A stretch of DNA of 63,192 bases, the filler included, from Anaerolineae bacterium (lineage in GTDB: Bacteria; Chloroflexota; Anaerolineae; Epilineales; Epilineaceae): assembly GCA_029262755.1 (NCBI GenBank). It is 5 parts of 5 records of this genome, joined end to end, with 100 filler letters (N's around TTAATTAATTAA, not from the genome) between each part and the next. Parts side by side here need not be neighbours in the genome. Positions count along the whole stretch, not along the records: positions 33,771 to 48,642 come from JAJCYU010000226.1; positions 48,743 to 59,354 come from JAJCYU010000227.1; 3 more parts are not named here. One strand, given 5' to 3'. Position numbers and translations under genes: made by a program. Shown one piece after another: positions 40,736-51,964 of this stretch (position 1 is the first letter of the stretch; the number at the start of each line of letters is the position of its first letter). The notes beneath the pieces were generated by a model. The model saw only the letters and a program-made list of their open reading frames with translations. It had not been told where the DNA came from and made no database searches.

Positions 40736-41779
40736 CTAGGTCTCGATCGGCGTTCCAAGCACGACGGGGCCGGCCCTCGGTTGCCACGCGACCCGTGGAC
40801 CGATCGCGGATCCGTTCAAAACGGCATCCGAAACGTGGGCCTCGCGACCGATCACGCTGCGAGCAATTTGCACTCGCTCCAGCTTCGCGCCGGACCCAAT
40901 GCCCACTTCCGGTCCGATAACCGCGTCGCGTACCACGGCCCCTGCACCGATCGCGACGTGGGGTCCGAGGATGCAGCGATCGACGGACGCGCCGGCGGCG
41001 ACCCGCACGGGGGGGCGCAGCACGACCGCGGAGCCGATTGCGTCGGCGCAAACCTCGGAGTCGATCTCACGCAACATCGTGCCACCGGCTTCCAACAAAG
41101 CCTCGACGTTGCCGCAGTCCAGCCAGCGTCCGACCTGGCGAACTCGGAACCGCCTGCCCGATGCAAGCATGCGTGCCAGAGCGTCAAGCAGATAGTACTC
41201 TCCGTGGGATGCGCCCGACGGACCCGCGGCAACGACTTCGCGGCACGCCGCCACAAGCGCCTCGCCGTCCCGTACGAAATACACGCCGACAATCGCCTCG
41301 TTGGACACGGGCGTTGGTGGTTTCTCGACCAGACCTGCCAGCCATCCATCTTCGTCGACAACCGCGACCCCGAAAGCTCGCGGATCTTCGACGGTGCAGA
41401 CGTGGAGCAATCCGTCTGCGTCACCGCATGCGGTGTCGAGCGTCGCCAGGTCGACATCGTGGATTGTATCGACGAAGAGCAGTAGGGTCGGGCCGAATAG
41501 CCCTTCGGCGGCCGCAAGCACGGCGTCGGCCTGTCCCCGTTGATGCGCCTGCCAGACGATCCGAATACGCGGATCCTCCCGCTGCCGGCTCCATGCGACC
41601 AACTGCTCGCCCAGATGACCGGCCACGATCGTGATGCGCGCTACATCCGCGCCGGCCAAGCTGTCGATGGCGTGATCGAGTAGGGTCGTGTCCGCGATCG
41701 GCGCGAGCGCTTTCGGCAGCGCGTCGCTCAGCGGCGTCAAGCGCGTGCCACGTCCGGCGGCGGGAATCACGACGTGCAA
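40736..41779 (-). CDS. sugar-phosphate nucleotidyltransferase
   Basis: IPAAGRGTRL...PK, VEKP, WLDCG; C-terminal hexapeptide repeats. Confidence 0.9.
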   Translation of the reverse strand: MHVVIPAAGRGTRLTPLSDALPKALAPIADTTLLDHAIDSLAGADVARITIVAGHLGEQLVAWSRQREDPRIRIVWQAHQRGQADAVLAAAEGLFGPTLLLFVDTIHDVDLATLDTACGDADGLLHVCTVEDPRAFGVAVVDEDGWLAGLVEKPPTPVSNEAIVGVYFVRDGEALVAACREVVAAGPSGASHGEYYLLDALARMLASGRRFRVRQVGRWLDCGNVEALLEAGGTMLREIDSEVCADAIGSAVVLRPPVRVAAGASVDRCILGPHVAIGAGAVVRDAVIGPEVGIGSGAKLERVQIARSVIGREAHVSDAVLNGSAIGPRVAWQPRAGPVVLGTPIET

Positions 41780-42142
41780 GGCAGGTGTCCTTGGTTGGCT
41801 ACGGGAGCGTGCGGATGTGCACGCCGGAATGTTGGGTGTCTCGCGGCATGATAGCGGTCTGCTTGATTGCGGCCATGAGCGGGCGATCGCGCAGCGTCGC
41901 CAGCGTGTTCACGTCCGGTCCCCGCCTCCCGTATATGCGGCCTGACCACACACCTCCCCGCCCGACCGAACAGCGACGCGCCGCATGAACCTCTTGGACC
42001 CGGCTGCACTAGCCGCGACGCGCATAACTGCGGGGCGAGCGACCCCGTCGCGGTGTGCTCGGCGTTCGGATGCGCAGGGTCGGTCGCCGACCGGGCGGCA
42101 TCGCCGGCGCGATCGTTGCGCACATCCGGCATCGCACTACGC

Positions 42143-42175
42143 ACGGAGGCCCGGGCGTGCAGCCCGGGCCTCCGT
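42143..42175 (-). terminator. hairpin downstream of the Kelch-like gene
   Basis: 14-bp perfect stem acggaggcccgggc / gcccgggcctccgt. Confidence 0.65.
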
Positions 42176-42227
42176 CTTTACGTCCCTAGCGCATCGGCAA
42201 TGAAGCCGAGCGCACACGGCTACCGGG

Positions 42228-43790
42228 TTACGGGCAGCCGCACTTGAGCACGAGGTTGTTGTAGATGGGGTGGAAAGGCAGGTTCGGGTTGCGCAGGCCG
42301 AGGCTTCGGCGCAACGGGTTGGTGATCGGGTTGGACGCGATGTTGGGGTTGCACGGGGTGTTGAAGCCGGCCACACCCTGCGGGTTGCCCGATGCCGCGT
42401 TCTGCGCCGCGGCGGGAACCTTGCCCTCGACGCTGGTGCACACCGTGATGCCGGCAGTCGGCGGGATGAGCGTCGGCGGAACCGGACGCGCCGGCGTGGC
42501 CGTCGCCGGACCGCCCGGCGTGTTCGTCGGCGGCGCCATCGTGGCGGTGGGCGGCGCTGCCGCTTCCATGCACGTCAGCACGTCCGTGCTCTGGGAGATC
42601 GTGGCCGATCCGTCGCGCGAGTTCTTGCGGCGGCCGCTGGCCACCACGAAGGCCGACATCTGGCCGTTGCTGACGAAGCCGCCGACGTGGTTCACACGGT
42701 CGGCCGGGGTCGTTTGCGCATCAAGGTCGGTCCACGAGGCGGCGCCCATGGCCGGCATATCCAGACCGTACGTATCGTTGTTGACGGTCTCGTTGGGCAG
42801 CAACAGGTTGGAAACGCCGCCGCCGTGGACCATCAGCCAGTTGAGGTCGGGGTTATAGGCCGAGGCATGCAAGCCCAAGGCCGGGCCGCCGCTGGCGCCA
42901 CGCGCCCATGCCGCGGTCGCGAGGGTGGTCGTGTCCAACACCCACGTCGAGCTCGTCGCCTTCTCGCCGTCGGTCGAACCGCCGTGCACGAGAATGCGCT
43001 TGTTCGTCGGGTCGTAATCCATCGTGTGCCCGATGATGTTCGACGGACCGCCCGCAGGACCGGCTGCCGCGGTGATGTCGCCGGACGCGTCGAAGGACAG
43101 GATCAAGGTGGGGAACTGGGTCGGGCGACACGACTGACCGTTGCCGCCGAGGTTGGCGGGTAGGAAATCTTCGACGGCGCACTTCTTGATGCCGCCCGTT
43201 ACGATCGCGACGTCGTTCTCGCGGTCGTAGGCCACGGCAGCGAGCAGACGCTCACGGAGGGCGACGCCGCCGACGCTGACGCTGCGCCACTGGCCGGTTT
43301 CGATGTTGTACTGGATGACGTCGTCTTCGCCGTTACCCTCACGGTTGCCGCTGCCCCCGGCTGCCGCCGGGTAGCCGAGGTCCTTCGAACCGAAGAGGAA
43401 GTAGACGCTGCCCTTCTCTCCTTCGACCTGCGACGGACGATAGAAGCCGGACGCTGCGACACGCTCGATGGAGCCCGCGGTCAAGCGTTGGGTCGTCGCT
43501 TGGCTGGGCTGGGCGGCCGTCGAGAAGTCGACCGAAACCAAGCTGTTCTGCACGTCGTTGGCCTCGTTCTGGCCACCGAAGATGTAGAAGACGTTCTCGT
43601 TGTAGTCCATGGCACCGGCGGCCAGCTGCACCTTGGCAGGCAGACGCGGGCCGGACTGCCACTCACATTCATACGTTACTTGCTGCAGATCGGCGCTTGC
43701 CGCCGGTGCGGCAGCGAATGAAGCCGCCATGCCAATCGCGGCCAAAGCGACGAACATCGCAGGCCATCGCAGGGAATTGAACATGCGCAC
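42228..43790 (-). CDS. secreted Kelch-like beta-propeller protein with PT linker and Cys-rich C-terminal domain
   Basis: RBS AAGGAG; signal peptide; FYIFGG, LVHGG...TWVLD, MVHGGG repeats; ends LVLKCGCP. Confidence 0.8.
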   Translation of the reverse strand: MRMFNSLRWPAMFVALAAIGMAASFAAAPAASADLQQVTYECEWQSGPRLPAKVQLAAGAMDYNENVFYIFGGQNEANDVQNSLVSVDFSTAAQPSQATTQRLTAGSIERVAASGFYRPSQVEGEKGSVYFLFGSKDLGYPAAAGGSGNREGNGEDDVIQYNIETGQWRSVSVGGVALRERLLAAVAYDRENDVAIVTGGIKKCAVEDFLPANLGGNGQSCRPTQFPTLILSFDASGDITAAAGPAGGPSNIIGHTMDYDPTNKRILVHGGSTDGEKATSSTWVLDTTTLATAAWARGASGGPALGLHASAYNPDLNWLMVHGGGVSNLLLPNETVNNDTYGLDMPAMGAASWTDLDAQTTPADRVNHVGGFVSNGQMSAFVVASGRRKNSRDGSATISQSTDVLTCMEAAAPPTATMAPPTNTPGGPATATPARPVPPTLIPPTAGITVCTSVEGKVPAAAQNAASGNPQGVAGFNTPCNPNIASNPITNPLRRSLGLRNPNLPFHPIYNNLVLKCGCP

Positions 43791-44041
43791 AGTACGCTCT
43801 CCTTGATGATTTGGGGATCCTCGGGCGAGTTCCCCGTCATGCCCAATGACACGCCGGGGTTACGTTCGACATGGTCACGCGGCGTGCGAATGCTGCGTTT
43901 CGCCCCCCATGGCCGACGGGCGAGTCTAGCACGTACCGCCATGACCTTGGGCTTGGATGCAACGGTGGACGGTCGAAACGCTCCGGGCCGGTTCGCACTC
44001 GTCGTCTGAGAGGGAAGCGTCGATTGCGATCCGACCCGATA

Positions 44042-44860
44042 CTACCCCGGCGTCCACATTCCGGCCGCGACGAGCTGACCGCCGTCCGCGACGAAGGTCG
44101 AGCCCGTTGCAAACGGCGTCCAATCGCTGACCAGAAACGCGATCGCGCGCGCAATCTCTTCCGGCTCGCCGATTCGGCCTTGCGGAATCTCATCCAACAT
44201 GCGCGTGCGCTCGGCATCATCGTCCCACATGCCGCGGCTGAACCGTGTGCGCACGAAACCCGGGGCGACTGCATGAACGCGCACGCCTTCCGGCGCGAGC
44301 TCCGCTGCCAGCACTTGGGTCATCATCACGAGCCCGGCCTTGGAAAGGCAATAAAGCCCGACGCCGTTCTGCGGGATCAAGCCCGCGATCGAGGACACGT
44401 TGACGATCGCACCGCCGCCCCGGGCGCGCATCGCGGGCACGCAGGCTCGCGCCGTGCGCCAGGGACCGCGCAGGTTGACGTCCATGGTCTTGTCCCACAG
44501 TGCCTCGGAGGCATCGAGCAGGGGACCGTAGTGCGGACAGGTGCCCGCGTTGTTGACCAAGATGTCGATGGCGCCGAACGCCTCCAACGTTGCTTCCGCA
44601 AGCGCGTCCGCGGATTCCGGCTCGCCGGCATGGGCCGCGAAGGGCAGCGCCCGGCCGCCGCGCTCGATGATCGATTGCGCGACCTCGGCCACCGGCTCGA
44701 GCGATCGTCCAGTCAACACAACCGCCGCCCCGGCTGCCGCCAAGGTCTCGGCCGTCGCGCGGCCGATGCCGCGGGATGCGCCGGTGACAATCGCGACGCG
44801 CCCGCGAAGATCGATGCTCGGCGGCTCGAAGGGCGGCGCGGTTGAGGCTTCGTTGGGCAT
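44042..44860 (-). CDS. short-chain dehydrogenase/reductase
   Basis: TGASRGIG, NNAG, SS, YCLSK, PG. Confidence 0.95.
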   Translation of the reverse strand: MPNEASTAPPFEPPSIDLRGRVAIVTGASRGIGRATAETLAAAGAAVVLTGRSLEPVAEVAQSIIERGGRALPFAAHAGEPESADALAEATLEAFGAIDILVNNAGTCPHYGPLLDASEALWDKTMDVNLRGPWRTARACVPAMRARGGGAIVNVSSIAGLIPQNGVGLYCLSKAGLVMMTQVLAAELAPEGVRVHAVAPGFVRTRFSRGMWDDDAERTRMLDEIPQGRIGEPEEIARAIAFLVSDWTPFATGSTFVADGGQLVAAGMWTPG

Positions 44861-45119
44861 GGGGGCTCGCTCCAGCAGGAGACAGGGTTCGTGGTAGCAA
44901 GGCAGCGATGATCCGGACTTGATTCGATGTCCGTGTAACCAAAGCGCGTCGAAGTGTACGGTAGGACCGATCTCGACGCGACGAGCGACGCCGCGTGATC
45001 GCATGACGGGTACCACCACGAGCACAGGCTGTTCGGCCGGAACGGTCGACGGCTATTTCGACATAGGCGGGCAAGGGTGAGGTTGCGCTCCCTGCTCAGC
45101 GCGACACGAGGAGCCTCCC

Positions 45120-46118
45120 ATGAAGCCCATCCCATCGTCGCAGATCACACCAGAATCGGTGTACCTAAACCGGCGCCAGATCCTTCGCGGTATGGGTCTA
45201 GGCGCAGGATCCTTGCTCGTCGGGGCGTGCGCCGCCCCGAGCACGGGTGGTAGCTCGTCGGGCGACCGGAGTCCCGACGTCGCTCCCCTCGTGGAGCCGG
45301 ACAGCGTTCTTTCGGTGACGGAAGCGCCGCCGGTGGCGAGCGCTGCGACCGACGAGCTCGGTCAACCGCTGACGAGCTTCGAGGCGGTAACCAACTACAA
45401 CAACTTCTACGAGTTCACCACGAGCAAAGAGGGTGTCGCGCGGCTCGCGGAGGACTTCGTGGCGACGCCGTGGACGGTCGAGGTCGGCGGGCTCGTGAAC
45501 AACCCGCAGACCTTCGACGTGGACGGCATCAAGGCGCTGGCGGACGTCGAGGAGCGGATCTACCGGTTGCGCTGTGTCGAGGCGTGGTCGATGGTCGTTC
45601 CTTGGAGCGGCATCCCGCTCGCCGCGCTACTGAAGACCGTCCAGCCCAAAGCCGAGGCGAAGTTTGTTCGCTTCGAGACGCTGTCGGACCCGGACCGGCT
45701 GCCCGGCCAAAAGAGCCGCGCATTTACGTGGCCGTATGCAGAAGGCCTGCGTCTCGACGAGGCGATGCACGATCTCGCGATCCTCGCGACCGGACTATAC
45801 GGCCGTGATCTGCCGGCGCAGAACGGCGCGCCCATTCGGTTGGTCGTGCCCTGGAAGTACGGCTTCAAGAGTATCAAGTCCATCGTCCGCATCGATCTGG
45901 TGGACGAGATGCCCAGCACGCTCTGGAACGATCAGGCGCCCAGCGAGTACGGCTTCTTCGCGAACGTGAACCCCGAAGTCGATCATCCGCGGTGGTCGCA
46001 GAAGTCCGAACGCCGGATCGAGGGCGGGCTTCGTCGCATTGATACATTGCCTTTCAACGGCTATGGCGACCAGGTCGCACAGCTTTATGCGGGTATGGAT
46101 CTGACGAAGTGGTTTTAG
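45120..46118 (+). CDS. msrP: methionine sulfoxide reductase catalytic subunit
   Basis: SQITPE...RRQIL, YNNFYEF, RLRCVEAWS, QNGAPIRLVVPWKYGFKSIKS, FNGY. Confidence 0.97.
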   Translation: MKPIPSSQITPESVYLNRRQILRGMGLGAGSLLVGACAAPSTGGSSSGDRSPDVAPLVEPDSVLSVTEAPPVASAATDELGQPLTSFEAVTNYNNFYEFTTSKEGVARLAEDFVATPWTVEVGGLVNNPQTFDVDGIKALADVEERIYRLRCVEAWSMVVPWSGIPLAALLKTVQPKAEAKFVRFETLSDPDRLPGQKSRAFTWPYAEGLRLDEAMHDLAILATGLYGRDLPAQNGAPIRLVVPWKYGFKSIKSIVRIDLVDEMPSTLWNDQAPSEYGFFANVNPEVDHPRWSQKSERRIEGGLRRIDTLPFNGYGDQVAQLYAGMDLTKWF

Positions 46119-46185
46119 CTCTCTGGCGGAGGCCTTCCCGGTCCGCCGAGCCCACTTCGACCTGGCTTACGACGGGCGGACTCGC

Positions 46186-46857
46186 GTGAAGCGGCGCATC
46201 CTCGTCGTTCGGATCATCACGTACACGGCGGCTGCCGCGCCGTTCGCTTGGTTGGCGCTGCGCTACCTCACCAACGACCTCGGCTTCAACCCCATCGAGA
46301 CGCTGACCACCGTCACAGGACTAAGCGCCCTCACGCTGCTCGTCGCCAGCCTCGCATGCACTCCGATCGCCACGGTGACCGGATGGCGGTGGCCCAACAC
46401 GGCGCGTCGGCCGCTCGGCCTTTGGGCCTTCGCCTATGCATTGGCGCACATGAGCGTGTTTATCGGCTTGGACTACGCCCTGGATCTACGCGCCGTTTTC
46501 GCGGAAGGACTGGCAGAGAAGCCGTACATTGTCGTCGGTTTCCTCGCATTGTTGATCCTGACGGCCTTAACCCTCACATCGACGCGCGCTTGGCAGCGCC
46601 GCCTTGGCAAGCGGTGGAAACTCCTGCACCGCGGCGCCTATATGGCCGGGCTATTGGCGGTCGTACATTTCCGTTGGGCCGGGGCGAAGGATGATCCCAT
46701 CGCACCGCTGGTCTGGGGCGGGGTCGTTGGACTCCTGCTCGTGCTGCGGCTTCCAGCGGTGCGCAAGCGAATCGCCGCCACACGGAGTCGTTGGTCGGCC
46801 GCACGCCGCACTGCTGCGACAGGCGCGGAGGCAGGGGCGGGAGAGGGAACGGCCTAA
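46186..46857 (+). CDS. msrQ: methionine sulfoxide reductase heme-binding subunit
   Basis: NPIE, RRPLGLWAFAYALAH, TS...WKLLHRGAY; follows msrP. Confidence 0.93.
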   Translation: MKRRILVVRIITYTAAAAPFAWLALRYLTNDLGFNPIETLTTVTGLSALTLLVASLACTPIATVTGWRWPNTARRPLGLWAFAYALAHMSVFIGLDYALDLRAVFAEGLAEKPYIVVGFLALLILTALTLTSTRAWQRRLGKRWKLLHRGAYMAGLLAVVHFRWAGAKDDPIAPLVWGGVVGLLLVLRLPAVRKRIAATRSRWSAARRTAATGAEAGAGEGTA

Positions 46858-47094
46858 TGGGGCGTCCAATAACAACCGGACCAACTTGGATGCCGCTGCA
46901 TCCGCACCCGCGCCCTGCTGTTTCTCAGCTACAGCTCCGTTGTTACCCCGACTCATCCGCACCCTTGTGCGGCGCTTCGGCACCCCTTGTTCCGTCATCG
47001 TAGGAGTGGGCGCCCCCCAAGGCTTCGTTTCGTCGCGACATGTGCGCCGCTGAATTGTTGGTAGCCGCCTGGCGGCTACCTATGATTGCCGGCT

Positions 47095-48642
47095 ATGCGA
47101 AGAGACGACCTGCGAAACATCGCGATCATTGCCCATGTCGACCACGGGAAGACAACCCTGGTCGATGCCATGCTGCGTCAGAGCAACGTGTTCCGAGAGA
47201 ACCAAGTCGTGCGCGAGCGCGTCATGGACTCCCACGACTTGGAACGCGAACGCGGCATCACCATTCTCGCCAAGAACACCGCGGTGCGACGGGGCGACCG
47301 TAAGTTCAACATTGTGGACACGCCCGGCCACGCCGACTTCGGCGGCGAGGTGGAACGAGTCCTGAACATGGTCGACGGTGTGCTGCTGCTGGTGGACGCC
47401 GTGGAAGGGCCGATGCCGCAGACGAGATTCGTCTTGCGCAAGGCGCTCGCGCTCGGCCACCAAGCGGTTGTGGTAGTCAACAAGATCGATCGCCCGAGTG
47501 CGGATGCGGCGCGCGTCGTGGACGAGACCTTCGACCTCTTTGTCGATCTGGGTGCAAGTGACAAACAGGCGGAGTTCCGCGTCGTGTACGCCAACGCGCT
47601 GGCCGGCAAGGCCGGTGCCACGCCCGACGACATTGCGGAGGACTTGGGACCGTTGTTCGACGCGGTCGAGTCGCTTCCCGCGCCCGAAGTGGAGCCGGAC
47701 GGTCCGACGCAGTTGCAGGTGACCAACTTCGACTACGATGACTACAAGGGCCGGATTGCGCTTGGCCGCTTGCGACGCGGCGTGATGCGCCGTGGTCAAC
47801 GAATCGGCATCGTCGACGCGGAAGGCAATGTACGCGACGGCAAGGTGGCCGAGCTGTTCATCTTCGAGAATCTTGGGCGCGAGCCTGTTGAGGAAGCACA
47901 CGCGGGCGAGATCGTGGCCATCACCGGTCTGCCCGACGCCGCAATTGGCGAAACCATCGTCGATCCGGAGCATCCGGATGCGCTGCCGGCGATCACGGTG
48001 GAAGAACCGACCGTCCGAATGGCCTTCACGATCAACACGAGCCCTTTCGCCGGGCGCGAAGGCGATCATGTGACCAGCCGAGCGCTCTCCGAGCGTCTAC
48101 AGCGCGAGCTCGAGCGCAACGTCGCATTGCGCGTCGATGCCACCGACTCGGCCGATACGCTGCTGGTCAGCGGTCGCGGAGAGCTACACCTGGCCGTCCT
48201 GATCGAGGAACTGCGACGCGAAGGCTACGAGTTCGCGGTGGGCCGCCCCCGGGTCATCTATCACGAGGTAGAGGGCGAGCGTCACGAGCCCGTGGAAGAA
48301 GTGTGGATCGAGGTCGCGGATGCCTATGTAGGGGCTGTCGTCGAGCTGCTTGGACGACGACGCGGTCTCATGCTCGATATGCAGGCGCCGGGCGACGGCG
48401 TGACGACAATGCGTTGGCACGTACCGACACGCGGGCTCCTCGGATTTCGAACACGCTTCCTTTCGGCCACGGCCGGCACGGGCATCTTGCATTCCTTGTT
48501 CCACGCCTACGTGCCCCATTCCGGCGAGATCGAGGTTCGCGACCGCGGTTCGCTCGTGGCGCACGAGACGGGCACGACCACGGGCTATGCGCTCGATACG
48601 GTGCAACAACGCGGCGAGATGTACGTGGGGCCCGGTGAAGAG
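47095..48642 (+). CDS. typA: translational GTPase TypA/BipA (3' truncated)
   Basis: [52 protein letters not shown]. Confidence 0.97.
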
Positions 48643-48742
48643 NNNNNNNNNNNNNNNNNNNNNNNNNNNNNNNNNNNNNNNNNNNNTTAATTAATTAANN
48701 NNNNNNNNNNNNNNNNNNNNNNNNNNNNNNNNNNNNNNNNNN
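48643..48742. other. artificial contig linker
   Basis: N-TTAATTAATTAA-N. Confidence 0.98.
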
Positions 48743-49470
48743 ACGTCCGGCGCGCCGGCGACATCCTGATCAAGGATCTCGACCCCGACGTTATCGCTGT
48801 GCTGAAGGCGATTGAGGATCTCCAAGCCACGCCGGCCTCGATTGCGACGAAGCGCCTCGGGAGAGTCCGCGATGGCTTGCAACTCTCCCAGCACGAAACG
48901 GGGAACAAGCAGGCGTGTACCCAAGAATCCGGTTTCCGCTACGTCCGCCACGCGGCCGTCGATGATGACGCTGGTGTCTAGCAACACCGCTCCCTGGCTG
49001 GTATCGGCACGACCGCTCACTACGGAACTCACTACGCCCAGATAGGCGCCCGGATTGCTTCCGACCGTGGCCGTACCGAGATATCCGAACGCGATCGCTG
49101 CCAGGAACGGCAGAAAGGAGCCGAAGGGACTCGGCAGATGCGATAAGGGCAATGCAGCCAAGGTGGAGAGCAACAGGCCCAGCGCAAGCCCGATCACCGC
49201 CCCTGTGAGCTGAACAGGTGGAATGTCGCGCAACTCGCGAAATGCTACATCGACCGGGCGCAGCAGGACCGGCGTGATCAAGTAGCCAAGCGCGAAGCCG
49301 AACAACGACAAAGAAATCGCGATCAGCAGCGACACGACGACGACCGCCTGGCCGAGGTCGAATCCCTCGCCGGGCGGTGCCGGCGCCAACGTCACGCCCG
49401 CCTGATAGCCCACGACCGACAGCGCAATGCCGCCGGCAACACGGATGAATAAGTTCCAACGTCGGCTCAT
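48743..49470 (-). CDS. membrane PIN/TRAM domain protein (YacL-like; 3' truncated)
   Basis: Four TM segments, then LLDTSVIIDGR...VPRFVLGELQAIADS...RGRRGLEIL. Confidence 0.92.
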
Positions 49471-49781
49471 GGCCGCCTCCCCGTGCGAGCCGACCGTACC
49501 GCCACAGACGAAGCGAGCGCCGCGCAGGCGCTCGCGAACGGGCGTTTGGGTGCGCATCCTGCCCTGTCGCCCCGAATCGGGGAAAAGGACGTACCGGCGG
49601 TCAGCCTAGCGGACACGACCATCGCTGCAACGGTCGGAATAATCGAGGACGGATGGGTACATATGAAGGATGAATCGGGCCGCCTCGCACCGAGCGAGTG
49701 TACCACAGCAGGGGGTGTGCGGACAACGTCGAACGCGCGCCAACACCTGCCAAAGCCCCGGCGAATCGCGGTTTGTGACGC

Positions 49782-51227
49782 CTAGGAAACCGGTGCCAGC
49801 CCCGGCATGACATAGCGGGTCAACGACCACCAAGCCAGCACGTAGAGACCGATCGGCCAGAGCGCGGTGACACCCCAGCTCCAGTCGGGAAGAGCACGAC
49901 GCCCCGCCGGTACGCCTATCTGTCGTTTCACGGACCACCTTCCAAGCACCAGAGCGACCCGATTGCTGCCGAGGGCTAGGAACGTGGCGACCACCGGCAA
50001 CGCGGGAAGTAGATACCGGCCTTGGTGCTGCACGAAACCGAGGTTGTACCACACGAATCCCGCGAGCACGCCGGCCGCGAGGACTGCTCCGCAGAGCGCA
50101 GCCGTCCCGCTCCTTCGAGTCCGAGGAGCGCCGTTCCTCACGACCGCGAAGCCAAGGCCAGATGCGACGCATGCGCCTGCGAGCCCGACGTAGATCCAAG
50201 CCGGCAGAAACACGGACAACCATCCGAACACGCCCCAGAAACTGTCGAAGGTGAAGACGACGCCGCGTTCGAGCAGCTGCACGAGGCCGAACTCTTCGAC
50301 GAAGGCCGCCGTCGTCAACTGGTCATTCACCAAGTCGGCGTGGACGCGTTGCGCTAGAGGATCACGCCAACCGTAGAGAGACACGTTGCGCAACCACCAC
50401 GGAGCGGCGACCAACGCGCCGAGGGCAAGCGGCTCGAGCGCGGAACGTGTGGCGCTGCGCCGGCGCGCTCCGCGGCTGCGTGCCTGGAGGAACGCGGCCA
50501 GGGCCACAGGCAGGGCGGCGGCGTAGGCGCCGAGCTTGGTCAGAAACGCCAGGCCGACGAGGAGACCCGCCGAAGCCCGCATGCCGGGGGAATTCGTACG
50601 GGAGGTGGCCTCTCGGGTGGCCACGGCGAGCGCTGCGGCACAGACCGGGATCGCGAGCGCGTCGTTGTTGGCCGACGCGGTGATCGCGACGTGCATCGGG
50701 GTGAAGGCCACGATGCCGGCCGCGGCCAGGGCCACCCGGGGACGCCCGGGCCAACCCGTACGCACATAGACCCACGTGAAGCAGGTTGTTAGCAGCGCAA
50801 GGAGCACTCCGGTCAGCCGCAGCGCCGGCAGTGCGCGGGTCGGAGACATTCCTTGGGGGTACGACAAGGCGAGCAGAAGGTAGTACAGCGGTGGCTGGTG
50901 GTCCTCGTATGCAAATCCCGCCACGGATCGGCCCTCGGGCCAGCGTCGAGCCATGACCAACGCTACGGACCCGGCATCGTGGTCGCCGGCCTCGAGGATC
51001 GGGAACCGATGAGGCGGATCGGCCAACCGGGCGACGTACGTAGCATGCGCCGGTTCGTCCGGCGACTGCCACGCTGGTGTCTCGCGCGCATAGGTCGCGC
51101 CTAGGTGCACCTGCGCCAAAAGGATGAGCACGAGCAGCGATGTGTGGACGTAGCGCTCATGGCTTGACGAGCCCTTCGTGGCGGCGGCCCGGCCCCGGCG
51201 GGGCGACGTGCGGCCGACGGGGCTCAC
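49782..51227 (-). CDS. GT-C fold glycosyltransferase (PMT/ArnT/DUF2142-like)
   Basis: PDEPAH, YEDHQPPLYY, NND, LTK, WWLRNVSLYG, SFWGVFGW, QGRYLLP; multiple TM segments. Confidence 0.85.
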   Translation of the reverse strand: MSPVGRTSPRRGRAAATKGSSSHERYVHTSLLVLILLAQVHLGATYARETPAWQSPDEPAHATYVARLADPPHRFPILEAGDHDAGSVALVMARRWPEGRSVAGFAYEDHQPPLYYLLLALSYPQGMSPTRALPALRLTGVLLALLTTCFTWVYVRTGWPGRPRVALAAAGIVAFTPMHVAITASANNDALAIPVCAAALAVATREATSRTNSPGMRASAGLLVGLAFLTKLGAYAAALPVALAAFLQARSRGARRRSATRSALEPLALGALVAAPWWLRNVSLYGWRDPLAQRVHADLVNDQLTTAAFVEEFGLVQLLERGVVFTFDSFWGVFGWLSVFLPAWIYVGLAGACVASGLGFAVVRNGAPRTRRSGTAALCGAVLAAGVLAGFVWYNLGFVQHQGRYLLPALPVVATFLALGSNRVALVLGRWSVKRQIGVPAGRRALPDWSWGVTALWPIGLYVLAWWSLTRYVMPGLAPVS

Positions 51228-51964
51228 AGCAGACGTGCGAGCAGGATACCCAGCTCATAGAGCACGTACATAGGGCCCATCACCATGAACATCGTGAACG
51301 GATCGGGCGTCGGCGTGAGGATGGCGGCCGTCACCGCGATCACGAGCACCGCGTGTCGCCGGTATTGCGAGAGCGTCATTGGCGTGACGATGCGGAGCTT
51401 CGTCAGCAGGACAACCACGAGCGGAGTCTGGAATGCCAGGCCGATGACCAGAACCAAGTTGGTCAAAAACGAGACGTAGTCGTCGATCCGCGGCTGCACC
51501 GTCAAGTTCTCGGTATCGCCCAAGAACCCTACAAGGAAATTGACGGTCCGCGGGACGACGATCGTGAACCCGAAGGCCATGCCGAGGATGAACAACAGGC
51601 TGGCGCCGGGCAGGAAGAGCCAGAGGTAACGGCGCTCATAGCCGTGCAGCGCGGGCAGCACGAAGGCGACCGCCTGGAAGAGCACCATCGGCATCGCCAG
51701 CGCGAGGCCCACGATAAACGCCACCCGCAGCTTGGTGACCAAGGTCTCTAGGACGCGTACCGCGATCAAACCGTCTTCGCAGACGGTGCACATTTCGGTC
51801 AGCGAGGTGATGATCGGCTCGGCGACGAACCAGCCGGCGATCATACCAAGCAGCAGGGTGCCGACGCTCCACATCAAGCGTTTGCGCAACTCACGCAAGT
51901 GCTCCATCAAAGGCATCGTCAACAGCGAGCTTGCCGGCGAATTCTCCTCGATGTCCGTGCTCAC
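51224..51964 (-). CDS. tatC: twin-arginine translocase subunit TatC
   Basis: MPLMEHLRELRKRL, FVLPAL...E, FQTP, AAILTPTPDP, LYE. Confidence 0.96.
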   Translation of the reverse strand: MSTDIEENSPASSLLTMPLMEHLRELRKRLMWSVGTLLLGMIAGWFVAEPIITSLTEMCTVCEDGLIAVRVLETLVTKLRVAFIVGLALAMPMVLFQAVAFVLPALHGYERRYLWLFLPGASLLFILGMAFGFTIVVPRTVNFLVGFLGDTENLTVQPRIDDYVSFLTNLVLVIGLAFQTPLVVVLLTKLRIVTPMTLSQYRRHAVLVIAVTAAILTPTPDPFTMFMVMGPMYVLYELGILLARLL

